A stretch of DNA of 64,000 nt from Octopus sinensis (Eukaryota). Of the stretch, positions 13,267 to 25,109 are shown in pieces. Made by a program: the position numbers and the translations under genes. The notes beneath the pieces were generated by a model, which was given only the letters and a program-made list of their open reading frames with translations, had not been told where the DNA came from and made no database searches. The stretch lies in the NCBI RefSeq assembly GCF_006345805.1, contig NC_043018.1, forward strand, positions 19,778,001 to 19,842,000, in the 5' to 3' direction. Numbering within the stretch: the first letter of the stretch is position 1; each line of letters starts with the position of its first letter.

Positions 13267-13304
13267 AAAGGGAGGGTCATCAATGATTACACATTCCTCT
13301 GTAG
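13267..13304 (+). CDS. candidate 38-nt internal exon of an unidentified gene
   Basis: ttacttttttcAG|...|GTAAGG; two open frames (KGRVINDYTFLC or KGGSSMITHSSV); no homology recognised. Confidence 0.25.
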
Positions 13305-13474
13305 GTAAGGATTATCAAAACCCTAAAGCTGTTTGCAGAAATATTCCATTAGGCATTAGGATCTGTTGCTTTAAACAATATTTTCAGTTTTCCTTCACCA
13401 AGCAACACAGATATTTTTTTCGTTTCTTTTTTGTCTTTCTTCCCCTAATCTCCCATTTTCAATTTCACACACAC

Positions 13475-13525
<51 letters not shown>

Positions 13526-13579
13526 CATACACACCTACACATACATGTAAAATATATAAGCATATTTTCTGTGTATAAA

Positions 13580-13610
<31 letters not shown>

Positions 13611-13619
13611 TTTGTGTGT

Positions 13620-13888
13620 GTGGTCTGATGAATAAGTATTCAGACTGTTGCCATAGTAATGAAGTTAAAACATGCAAAATGAAGCGCCGCTTGGCACAAA
13701 TTGACCTTGAACTCTGCTGTGCAGGCACACTAAGTTTTAACCTTCTAGTTTACTTTCGCTGTTTACAGCAGTGTTTGGAAGGAAGGTGTGTAGCGTGTGA
13801 TCATCGCACTGATCATGACAGAGAAAGTTGAGCAGAGAATCTGCATCAAATGTTGCCAAAAGCTTGGCGATACCTGCTTGGAAACCTA
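13620..13888 (+). mobile_element. mariner transposon 5' end
   Basis: Encodes MTEKVEQRICIKCCQKLGDTCLETYTK, a mariner N-terminal HTH-type start. Confidence 0.75.
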
Positions 13889-14487
13889 CACAAAGTTTTC
13901 AAAAAAGTTTTCATCATTCTTGACACAATCAAGGAGATCTTGTGCAACTGAAACCTGAGTGTCTTTTTGCAGAAACCTGGCAGACATACATCTCATATCC
14001 AAATCTTCCTGGATAATGGACTGAACTGAACCGTAACTAATCTGCACATCTTCTGATAACTCATGGATGGCGATTTGACAATTTCCCCTCACAGCTTCAT
14101 GCAGATCTGTGATGTTATTCTCAATTCTGCTGATTACGGGTCTCCCAGAACGTTTGTCCCAGAAAAGCCATCTTGGAACCGTCTGAACCACTCATACACT
14201 TGTGTGCAGCTCATACATTCCTCTCCATACACATTCTGCAACTTTGCATAAGCCTATGAGCAGGTATTGCCATGACAACTTTCTCTGTCATGGCCAATGC
14301 GACGATCACATGCTACACACCTTCCTTCCAAGTACTGCTGTAAACAGTGAAAGTGAGCTAGAATGTTAAAACTTAGTGCACCTGCACAGCAGTGTTTAAG
14401 GTCAATCTTTACCAAGCGGCTTCACTCTGTGTGCTTTAGCTTCGTTACTATGGCAACAGCCCAGATACTTATTGGTCGAACCTCATA
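13886..14487 (-). mobile_element. mariner transposon 5' half (pseudogenised transposase)
   Basis: TA + TGAGGTTCGACCAATAAG terminus; ...RSGRPVISR...IHELSEDVQISYGSVQSIIQEDLDMRCMSARF, typical mariner HTH2 and linker. Confidence 0.85.
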
Positions 14488-14667
14488 TGACTACAAGTGT
14501 AGCTGAGTGGCCAAAGCATGTGCTTCATGTCCTTGTAGTTTTGAGTTCAGTCCTACGTGGGCAAGTAACCCTGGACTGATCGATGCTTTTTGAGGAACTT
14601 TGTTACTCAGAAAATGTATGGAGGCCCATCATATATATATACACACACACATTTTCTTTCTGTGTCC

Positions 14668-14703
14668 CTTTCTGTAGAAGAGCATAGGCTCGAAACGTAA
14701 AAG
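14668..14703 (+). ncRNA. minimal hammerhead-like motif (variant core CUGUAGA)
   Basis: CUUU-CUGUAGA-A-GAGC-auag-GCUC-GAAA-CGU-A-AAAG, inside a (TA)n-flanked repeat at 14651-14790. Confidence 0.5.
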
Positions 14704-14791
14704 ACTTTTTCTATTCCTGAGTGTTATACTAATACATCTGTTTTGTTTTGTACACCACCTGTCTTCGTCTTTTGTTTTTTTAGTAAACTCT

Positions 14792-14894
<103 letters not shown>

Positions 14895-15093
14895 ATATTA
14901 TTTATTATTTTATATATAATGTATATATAAAAATTAAAAATTTGTCTAATATAGCAGCATTTTCGAACTTCATTTTTTACAAATATATATATATTATAGT
15001 TAATCCAAACAAGAAAACACAGAAAAAAACAGCAACGCGAGGACGTGGAACAATTAAAGTATTATTTGACGCTCAGGAAAGAAGGGAAGGAGG

Positions 15094-15128
15094 GTTTAAC
15101 GTTTCGAGCGGAGCTCTTCGTCGGAAAC
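15094..15128 (-). ncRNA. minimal hammerhead-like motif (variant core CCGACGA)
   Basis: GUUU-CCGACGA-A-GAGC-ucc-GCUC-GAAA-CGU-U-AAAC, inside a repeat at 14995-15200. Confidence 0.55.
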
Positions 15129-15504
15129 AAAGGAGAAGGAAAGATCCCGAGAAGGGAAGACAGAGGAAAAAAATTTTTTTGCTGGTGGTGCTCAAGAGAT
15201 CGCATGTTGAAATATATATACTAGCTGACATACCCGGTAATTCCCAGGAAAGTGGAGCTTATCCCTTGGTTCCATTCTCATAATTGTTTTGCTAATCCGA
15301 TAACAACAATACTAGATATGTAGCCCTTAAAACAGTTTTTGTGCATTTACAGAGAATACTGAACTGTCTTACACAGGATCTTGCTTTTAGGAATTCTCAA
15401 TAAATTATGAATATCCAAATTGTGAAGTCAGTTATGTAATAACATGAAATTAGTTACCTGATAGTAAGAATTCAAGTAAAGTAGCCCCGAAAAGAGCTTT
15501 AATA

Positions 15505-15945
15505 CGTTCCCAGAGTATGATTTTGCAGAGACGTTTGATGTGGTGGGTGGGATATTTGGTATGGATGAGTGATGAGCAACTGCCAAAGCAGCTATCATAT
15601 GGTGAGCTGGAAGATGGCAGGAGACCAGTGCATAAGCCTAAACTAAGGTTTAAGGATTGCCTTAAAAATGCTCTAATAAAGACAGGAATTGCAGCTGGTA
15701 ATTGGGAGAGGGGGGCACAAGATCATGATGGATGGAGGAAGATAGTGCATGATGGTTGTTCAAGGTTTGAGAGGGAGAGAGTGAAGTATGAGAGAATTAG
15801 GAGGAGGGGGCCTTAGAAGGGGGTGAACCTGTGGAAAGTGAGAGAGTGTTGCTTTTTATGTGCGTGGTTTGTGGGCGGAGGTGTTTGAGTCGTGCAGGCC
15901 TGGTGAGCCATCAAAATTCTCATAGAAATCGACCCCTGATAAACA
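15505..15945 (+). mobile_element. RTE (BovB-like) LINE 3' end
   Basis: LPKQLSYGELEDGRRPVHKPKLRFKDCLK...WERGAQD, then after a frameshift CVVCGRRCLSRAGLVSHQ. Confidence 0.85.
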
Positions 15946-16959
15946 ATGATGTGGCTATTAAAATTCATAACAGAACATGTCACCAGCATTAGGGGCACAC
16001 ATACACACACACACACAAACACACACATACAAACAGCTATATGATAGGCTTCTTTCAGTTTCCGTCTACCAAATCCACTCACAAGATTTTGATTGCCCTG
16101 ATTGCTATAATAAAGTTACTTGCCCAAGGTGCTGTTCTGTGGGACTGAACTCATGATCACATTGCTGGAAGCAAGCAACATAACATAATATGTGTGTGCG
16201 TGTGTACAGGTGTTTGTGTGTTTGTGTGGGTGTGTGTCTCACCATTTAACAATTGGTGTTGATTTGTTTACATTCATGGAACTTAGGAGCTCAGTTTTTT
16301 GGAAAAACACAATTGTTTACTGCCAGGACATTTCTCGTTAAGTTTTTACTAATTTTTCTCTTGATTTTTGTCCGGAATATTTTTACAATTTTCCTGCTTC
16401 AAAAACAGATTTCAACAATTGTAGAATTATCAACAGTTTCATGATTTCAATGTCTGGAAACAAAAGACTATTATTTTGTTCCGATTCTAGTATCTCTGCT
16501 CTTTTGCTAACGTTTTTGTTTTTTTTTGTTTTTTAAATCATTTGTTTGTTTTTTTTTTGTATTTTTTTTTTGTTTGTTTTCTTTGGCATTCAATATGGCT
16601 GTTGTGTGTTTTCAGACTTTTGTCTTGTTGTAAATCTCCTTATGACATCTGGATTTCTTATTTCTACAATATTAGCTCGAGAATCATTTTCAGCTGGAAA
16701 GAAAACAATTTGATTCTCGAAGCTGCTGTTTACCAAACTTTGATTATTGAGCAGTTCAACAGTTGCGGAAGAAACCAGAGAGAAGCTAAACATTTGCCCC
16801 CCCCCCCCGCGTCCAATGTATATCCTTTGTAAAATGTATCCCAATGTCACGCCACTCCCTCTGTCCTCTGGCTCCATCTCTATCTTATGCACTTTGTATA
16901 TCTTTTCTTATAACTACATACATGTGTGTGCTTGTGTGTATAGCTTTTATCTTTTACTT

Positions 16960-17180
16960 GTTTGGAGAGGGGCTTTCTCCGTCCGGGTTGCGGATCCGTG
17001 GAATAAGCTGCCGGACGAGATAGTGACAATGCCGATGACCGCTCGGTTCAAAGTCTCTCTTGACCAGAAATGGCCTGAACTCTTTGCATGAACACCCTCC
17101 CTGTACATAACTCCATGTCTCCCTACATAGCCTTGCTTTTTGCTTTTTGAGCCAAAAAATTAACTTAACTTAACTTAACA
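16960..17180 (+). mobile_element. CR1/L2-type LINE 3' end with (TTAAC)n tail
   Basis: RGAFSVRVADPWNKLPDEIV...RFKVSLDQKWPELFA*; near-identical inverted copy at 62582-62822. Confidence 0.85.
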
Positions 17181-17502
17181 GTCATTAGATTGCAACCATG
17201 CTGTAGCATGGCCTTGACCAATTTTGGTCAAACGGATCCATCTTATTACTTATTTTATTTTAAGCCTGGTGTTTGTTCTATCAGTTGCTTTTGCCAACAA
17301 CATCAACACCAATTGTCAAGTAGCGGGGTGGGGGATAAACACAGATGCAAAGAAACACACACACACACACACATGTTGCAGCTTTCTTTCTGCTTTTGTC
17401 TACCAAATCCACTCTTAAGCTTTTGGTCAGCCCAAAAGTGTAGTAGGAGTTACTTGCCCAAGCATTTGTCCAGTATGCTGATGATTCTGCCAGCTCGCTG
17501 CC

Positions 17503-17543
<41 letters not shown>

Positions 17544-17569
17544 TATTATTATTATTATTTGAAATTTTT

Positions 17570-18010
17570 GCCACAAAGGCAGCTTAAGGGAGGTGGGAAT
17601 GAGTTGATTACGTCAACCCTAGTATTCAACTGGTCCTTATTTTATTGACCCCGAAAGGACGAAAGGCAAGGTCAACTTCTGGCAGAATTTGAACTCAGAA
17701 CATACCTATTTCTTTATTACCCACAAGGGGCTACACACAGAGGGGACAAACAAGGACAGACACACAGGTTAAGTCGATTACATCGACCCCAGTGTGTAAC
17801 TGGTACTTATTTTATCCACCCTGAAAGGATGAAAGGCAAAGTCGACCTCGGCAAAATTTGAACTCAGAATGCAGTGGCTGACGAAATACCGCTAAGCATT
17901 TCGCCTGGCGTGCTAACGTTTCTGCCAGCTCTCCGCCAGAACATATCACGGGCGAAATACCGCTCGGCATTTCCTCCAAGACACTAACAATTCGGCCAGC
18001 TCACTGCCTT
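17570..18010 (-). mobile_element. cluster of nested or partial SINE family B copies
   Basis: Repeated GAAAGGCAAAGTCGACCTCGGC...GAACTCAGAA motifs, flanked by (TAA)n. Confidence 0.8.
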
Positions 18011-18023
18011 CTTATAATAATAA

Positions 18024-18064
<41 letters not shown>

Positions 18065-19042
18065 TTGATGATGATGATGGTGATCGATAGTCCAACATTC
18101 TGTGGAGATTAAGGAGAAGTTTTATGTAAATGAGAGCTTTTTTGCTGCAGTTTTGGTTGAGGATGAAATATTGAATTTTAATCAAAGAAAAAGGAAAAAA
18201 AAAAAAATTACAAAAAAAAAAACAACTGTTAAAGATTGGAATCTAGTACAAAATGTAATTAATCATCTGATAATTACCTCTAATTATTGCAGTTTATTGA
18301 CAGCTTTTAATTAATTGAAAGTATTGAACTATTGTAAATTGAAAAACAACTTACGAAGCGAAGCTATTGATAACGAGTTTATCTTACTGTTTTCCAATTT
18401 TATTGAACACTTGCAGAAAAATAAAAACAAAATATTTATTTAAAAAATAGTGGGGGGGGGGAGAGAAAAAGAGGGAATAATCAATTTGTATTTTTTGTTT
18501 GAATTTTAACCTTGTAACTGATCAATTTTTTTTTTCTTCTGGTTTCATGATTCATGCCATTCCAATATTTCTCTGTTTGCTGTTTTAGTTTGATCTCTGA
18601 AGTCTACACTTGTTGACATGTCTAGTTCCTGCAAAAAAATACTCTCTCAGAGACAATAAACATTAAAATTCACCTGAAACACAGAAATATTTGATGATAA
18701 ACATACTTCAATTCCATCACTTATTAATAAGGAAACGCCAGTTTTTTTTTTCTTTTTGTATTTTGTAAACTTTTTTTTTTTTGATAGTCGGGTGGGGGGG
18801 GGGGGTTGCATCATTTTAATCTAATTCGTTAGTTTTGTAATCTATAAAATTGTGCCACAGGCTGCAAAAACTTTATCTTTTCCAAATTTTTGTTCATCTT
18901 GTTCAGGATTCCTCAACAACACAGCATCCTTCTACACGCCATCATTTTATATAAATTTTTTTTCATGAGATTATGGTTTGTAAGTTTTACTATTGTCGTT
19001 TTGTTGTTGTTGTTCTTATTATTATTATCATCATTATTATTG

Positions 19043-19079
<37 letters not shown>

Positions 19080-19222
19080 AGCTTTGCATTTTACAACAAA
19101 TATAATGGTAAAAATTTCCCATCCTTGTGTGTGCTTATCTATGTGCATAAATGCACAGCACATATACACACGTGTATTTATGTATATATTTATATATATG
19201 TCTATTACATTTATATGTATAT

Positions 19223-19280
<58 letters not shown>

Positions 19281-19349
19281 TATATGTACAATATATATAT
19301 TATATATATGTATGTATATATACAGATGTGTATATATATATATAATATG

Positions 19350-19395
<46 letters not shown>

Positions 19396-19734
19396 TATAT
19401 GTGTGTATGTTTATATATATATATGTATTCATATAACATGTGTATATATATATATATATAATACATATGTACATGTGTGTGTATATATACATATATATAT
19501 ATAATATATATATGTATGTATATATGCATATATGTATGTATATCTACGTATGTGTATATATACAGGTATGTATTTATATATAATTATGAGTGTGTGTGTA
19601 TATATATATATATGTATGTGTGTATTTATATAATACATATGTATATATATAAATGTGTGTATGTGTATATATAGTTAATCCAGACATGAACAAAGAGAAA
19701 ACACAACAACAGCTACAACAAAGAGAGAAGAGCG

Positions 19735-20035
19735 GAGATTGGTAACAGCTCAAAGAGCCATGGAGAGGTCAATGTTTGGAATCTCATTGAGAGAGCACAT
19801 CAGTAATGAGGTCATCAGAGAGAGGTCCAGCGTGAGGGATGTCATCGTAGAATATACACACAGCAAGTTTAGATGGGTTGGACACGTTGCCCGGCTCACC
19901 GATGATCGGTGGACCCGCGCAGTTGTCGAGTGGTACCTGCACGAGCGGAAATGACCACTTGGAAGGCCTCCACGACAGTAGAGTACGATTTCAGGAGGGC
20001 GATTGGGATCATGTGGATGAGGAAGGCGCGATCCA
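19735..20035 (+). mobile_element. RTE-1-like LINE 3' fragment
   Basis: AQRAMERSMFGISLREHISNEVIRERSSVRDV...KFRWVGHVARLTDDRWTRAVVEW...GRPP. Confidence 0.85.
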
Positions 20036-20064
20036 TACATATATGTGTATATGTATATATGTGT

Positions 20065-20351
20065 GGAGGCGCAATGGCCTAGCGGTTAGGGCAGCGGACT
20101 CGCGGTTTCGATTTCCAGACCGAGCGTTGTGAGTATTTATTGAGCAAAAACACCTAAAGGTCCACGAGGCTCCGGCAGGGGGTGGTGGCGATCCCTGCTG
20201 TACTCTTTCGCCGCAACTTTCTCTCACTCTTTCTTCTGTTGGCCTGCTCGATTAGCCAGTGGGGTGGCGTCATTTGAAGGCTAAAACAATGCGAAGCGCA
20301 TTGTGACCAGCGATGTGTAGCAACATCTGATAGCCCGGTCGGTCATGTGAT

Positions 20352-20359
<8 letters not shown>
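20065..20359 (+). mobile_element. tRNA-derived SINE, family D
   Basis: GGAGGCGCAATGGCCTAGCGGTTAGG A-box, GTTTCGATTTCC B-box, ending in (TA)n. Confidence 0.7.
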
Positions 20360-20392
<33 letters not shown>

Positions 20393-21187
20393 TATATATA
20401 AATGTATACGCCAAATTTTAAATATATATGTATAAATTTTCCTCGTATATACATACATGTAAAATTTTGTGTACATAAATAACTATATGTGGTGTGTGTG
20501 TGTGTGTGTGTGTGTGGAAAGTGTGTGTGTATGTTTTATTTATTTTTTTTTTTTGAAGCTGGAAACATTGTAAGAATTATTTAGGCAGCAAAGTATCATG
20601 TACAACACTGGCTGAACAAGTGAGGTCTATGCCTTTTATTGGCTGCCAACACACACACACACACACACACACATCTGCCCTTGTACATTTGTTGAAAATT
20701 ATGTAACCATCCATGGGGCTGACCATAATTAAATCATTTCCCCCTCGCCGGTAATTCTTCCTAACCTTGGCACAAGATAAACCATTTTTATTCTTCAGTT
20801 CTGCTCAAATACTTGTCTTTGCTGATTCTTTTCCCTCCAAGGTTTTCAAGTAAGACTGAAAAGAGTTTCTTACATAAAGTTATTTACTGCTATGCTGTAT
20901 GATATGTTGCATAATTTCTCTCACTCACTGATTGTCAAATGTATGCTACAAAGATTTGTTCTAGGGAAGGAGAGTAATACAGTAATATTGAAATGTGGTT
21001 TCCAATTAAAGAGATAGAGGAATATAAAGTATATATAATAGAAGTGTATATCTATCCCCTAATTTTGCTCTTGCGTCTCATGTTTGATCTTTGACTTCTG
21101 GCCGAAATCAGATCGCCATGTTGATTCACTAGCTTCTGCACGCATATTTTTTTTCTCTCCTTCTTTCTGTGTTTTTTCTCTGTGTAT

Positions 21188-21223
21188 CTTTCTGTTGAAG
21201 AGCGTAGGCTCGAAAGGTTAAAG
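21188..21223 (+). ncRNA. minimal hammerhead-like motif (degenerate copy)
   Basis: CUUU-CUGUUGA-A-GAGC-guag-GCUC-GAAA-GGU-U-AAAG, inside a repeat at 21140-21350. Confidence 0.4.
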
Positions 21224-21399
21224 ACTTGTTTCATTTATATTTCCTGAGTGCCATACTAATACAATTGTTTGTTTGTATTCCACCTGCCTTCGTCTTTTGT
21301 TTATTTCCGTAAACCTGCCTTCGTCTTTTGTCTATTTTCATAAAGCTTCCCGTTATATATATATGCATATGTATATGTATATGTATATTTATATATATG

Positions 21400-21473
<74 letters not shown>

Positions 21474-21549
21474 ATTACTGTGTATATATAACTAGAAGAA
21501 TGTAATAAAGTTATAAAGGTACAAGGTTAGAATATAAAATGTGTGTGTG

Positions 21550-21860
21550 TGCCGGTGGCATGTAAAAAGCTCTATCCAAATGTGGTTGATGCCAGTGCCC
21601 CCTGACTGGTGGCATATAAAAAGTACTGCCCAGACATGATTGATGTCAGGGTCGCCTGACCGGCTCTTGTGTGGGTGCCACGTAAAAAGCACCCACTACA
21701 TTCTTGGAGTGGTTGGCATTAGGAAGGGCATCCAGCTGTAGAGACATTGCCAGACCAGATTGGAGCCTGGTGCAGCCACTGTCTTTCCAGACCTCAGTCA
21801 AACCATCCAACCCATGCCAGCATGGAAAATGGACATTAAACAATGATGGTGATGATGATG
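21550..21860 (+). mobile_element. SINE family C
   Basis: Internal GTGCCGGTGGCATGTAAAAAGC repeats plus the RTE-like tail. Confidence 0.8.
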
Positions 21861-21889
21861 ATATATGTATATATATATATATATATATT

Positions 21890-22250
21890 CTTTTATTCTT
21901 TTACTTATGTCAGTCATTTGACTGTGGCCATGCCAGTTTTAGTTGAGCAATTCGTCTCCAGGATCTATCCTCCAAAGCCCAGTACTTATTCTATTGCCTC
22001 ATTTGCTGAACTGCTAAGTTATGGGGGACGTAAACAACCGACACCGGTTGTGAAGCAGTAATAAGGACACACACTCGCACACGCACATATGATGGGCTTC
22101 TTTCAGTTTCCATCTACCAAATCCACTCACAAAGCTTTTGGCCAACTCGAGGCTTTAGTAGAAGACACTTGCCCAAGGTACAATGGTGTGGAACTGAACC
22201 TGGTACCTTGTGTTTGGGAAGCAAGCTTCTTACCACACAGCCAAGCCTGC
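21890..22250 (-). mobile_element. SINE family A
   Basis: Family motifs from tail to head. Confidence 0.8.
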
Positions 22251-22424
22251 ACTTCATATATATATATACATATACACACACATATATATATAATTCTACA
22301 AGAATCATTCTGACAGTGACTTTGAAGTTTCAGCTGGTTCCCCTCCCCTCAAAATTGCTGGCATTGTTCTAAAATTAGTAAAAAATATTATCATTGTGCT
22401 TTTATAAATCAATGTTTTAATATA

Positions 22425-22453
22425 TAACTTTCATTTTTTTTTTCCAGGTAAGT
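22425..22453 (+). promoter_or_regulatory. juxtaposed 3' and 5' splice sites (recursive-splice or ratchet-point-like)
   Basis: ACTTTCATTTTTTTTTTCCAG|GTAAGT; AG at 22446-22447, GTAAGT at 22448-22453. Confidence 0.45.
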
Positions 22454-22690
22454 TGAAAGCCTTGTCTGTCTGTTGGTCTGTTGGTAAGAGCAATCGATTT
22501 TTACCTTTACAAATGCCTTGTTTTTTCTTTTTCTCTCCAGATCTTCATCTGTTCCTCCTTGTTGTACCTGATACATGAACACATTAGCACACACATCATT
22601 CCACATGCATGCATGCATGCACAATCAAGCATACAAGGGCTTTTGCTAACACACATGCACACACAATCATACATGCAACTACTGCTGTAG

Positions 22691-23119
22691 ACACACACAC
22701 ATTTCCATAGACATAATTGCACACACACAAGCATACACGCAACCCTTCCATAAACACTCATACACACACATTTCCATAGACATAATTGCACACACACAAG
22801 CATACACGCAACCCTTCCATAAACACTCATACACACACATTTCCATAGACATAATTGCACACATGCAAGCATACACGCAACCCTTCCATAAACACTCATA
22901 CACACACATTTCCATAGACATAATTGCACACACACAAGCATACACGCAACCCTTCCATAAACACTCATACACACACATTTCCATAGACATAATTGCACAC
23001 ACACAAGCATACACGCAACCCTTCCATAAACACTCATACACACACATTTCCATAGACATAATTGCACACACACAAGCATACACGCAACCCTTCCATAAAC
23101 ACTCATACACACACATTTC
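22691..23119. repeat. 69-bp tandem repeat, about 6 copies
   Basis: ACACACACATTTCCATAGACATAATTGCACACACACAAGCATACACGCAACCCTTCCATAAACACTCAT; the 23-aa period in the ORF track agrees. Confidence 0.95.
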
Positions 23120-23350
23120 CTGTGATGTTGCATAAACTCACCTTTCATAAGATAAGGTTTCTCGTGTGAGCGCTTCCAGCCATTCTCCAGTCGTGGCCAA
23201 AGGCATTGAAAAACACAAATTCTTCAAATCTGCCAACAAGCCTGTGTTAATCTGTTTTTCTAAAAAAATTATATTTTAGATAATTTCTAACTTTTGAAGA
23301 ATTCCCCCACCCCACCCACCTACCCATTATTGGGAGTTTGTCAAGGAAAC

Positions 23351-23640
23351 AGGCCTGGCTGTGTGGTTAAGAAGTTTGCTTTGCAGCCCTGTGGTTCCAG
23401 GTTCAGTCCCACTGCATGGCACATTGAGCAGGTGTCTTCTACTATAGCGCCAGGCTGGCCAATGCCTTATGAGTGAATTTGATAAGCAGAAACTGTGTGG
23501 AAACCCATTGTGTGTATGTGTGCATGTATGTATGTGTGTGTTTGTGTGTTTGCCATCCACCCACCCACATACCACTTGACTGTTGGTGTTGGTTTGTTTA
23601 TGTCCATATCACTTAGCAGGTCAGGAAAAGTGACTGAAAG
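23351..23640 (+). mobile_element. SINE family A, divergent variant
   Basis: Shares private substitutions with the inverted copy at 25110-25342. Confidence 0.8.
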
Positions 23641-23649
23641 AATAAGTAC

Positions 23650-24110
23650 CATCTTCATCTTCATCATCATTTAATGTCCACTTTCCATGCTGGCATGGGT
23701 CAGACAGTTTGACAGGAGCTGCCAAATCAGGCTCCCATTTGTCTATTTTGGTACGGTTTCTACAACTGGGTGCCCTTCCTAATGCCAACCACTTTACAGA
23801 GTGTACTGGGTGCTTTTTATGTGGCACCAGCACTTGTGCTTTTTACATCATGCCAGCACAAGTGCCTTATATGTGACACCAGCATGGGGGGAGTTTTATG
23901 TGGCACCAGCACAAATACCTTATATGTGACACCAGCACAGATGCTTTATATGTGACACAAGCACAGGTCCTTTTTGCATGGCATAAACACAGGTCCTCTT
24001 TATGTGGCCCCAGCATGGGTGCTTTTTATGTGGCACTAACATTGGTGCTTTTTATACGGCACCAGCATGGGTCTTGTTTTCACCTGGTGCCAACACACGT
24101 GCTTTATAGG
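23650..24110 (-). mobile_element. SINE family C with an expanded internal ~25-bp repeat
   Basis: More than 10 degenerate GTGCTTTTTATGTGGCACCAGCA units next to the RTE-like tail. Confidence 0.75.
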
Positions 24111-25109
24111 TGGTATGCTCCAGCATGGTTGCTGTCCAATGACTAAAGCAAATAAAAGGGTAAAAGATAAAAAGATATATATCACAGGCTTCTCTACAGT
24201 TTCCATCAACCAAATTTCATTCACAAGATGTTATTCAACCTGATGCTCTACTAGAAGATGCTTATCCAAAATATCATTCAATAGGATCAGCGGTGGTGCC
24301 CCAGCATGGCCGCAGCCTTTGGGCTGAAACATTTTTAAGGATTTAAGGATGGAATCTGGAGCCTCGTATTTACCAAAGAAACCTCTTAACCACTCAGCTA
24401 GCCATCATCCAGCAATACTTATTTGCTTACCATTGCAATTATCCATGCTGTCTTCAATACAGCAATTACTTGTTCGCTTTCATTATTTCATTTTATATTC
24501 CTCAAACCTAATTAGCTGTTTACATGTCAGTTGGAAATTGCTGCCCTCATTAAATATATTTTGACACCAAAATATTGTTCTGTTGTCAATGCTCATCACT
24601 GTGTTTTGCAGCAGAGATTTCTGCAGATGTTAGGAATGCTGGAAAATTGTCCAATTTTTGCTGCAGTCATCCATAATTAGTTTGGACCGTAAATGATAAA
24701 TAGATGGAATAATTATGGCGATGAGAATGTTGATGTTGTTATCGTTGTCGTGAACAAGTGCTAGGACAGTTTGTTTTGCTTTCTCATGTATAATCATAAA
24801 TATAGTGCCACATCTAGTGAAAATTTGCATCATTTACCATTCTTGCACAACTACTTTATCTTCCACACTCTACTCTTGTCAGAATGATATGGTAAACAAA
24901 TTCCCAGGTATACCTGCTGCACAAAATCCAAATAGTTAAGTGGCTGCTGTTGTACTTAACCGTTTATCATTCAGAAAACACTTCTGAGTTTGCTTTGCAT
25001 TAATCACGTGTTATCTCATAGCTTTGATATTTTGATGATGTGATTGTTTACTTTTAGAATGACAATGTCGAGTAGGTGTGAGAAGCAAGATCTGGCTGGT
25101 TTGAATATA

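Noticed and set aside
18545-18628. Minus-strand terminal-exon candidate ELDMSTSVDFRDQTKTANREILEWHES*
   Set aside because: Has an acceptor and a short frame only; no linked upstream exon or homology, and the homopolymer-rich context yields chance acceptors.
22506-22568. Minus-strand exon-like VQQGGTDEDLERKRKNKAFVK
   Set aside because: Its K/E/R richness is explained by the + strand polypyrimidine tract; both splice sites are mediocre.
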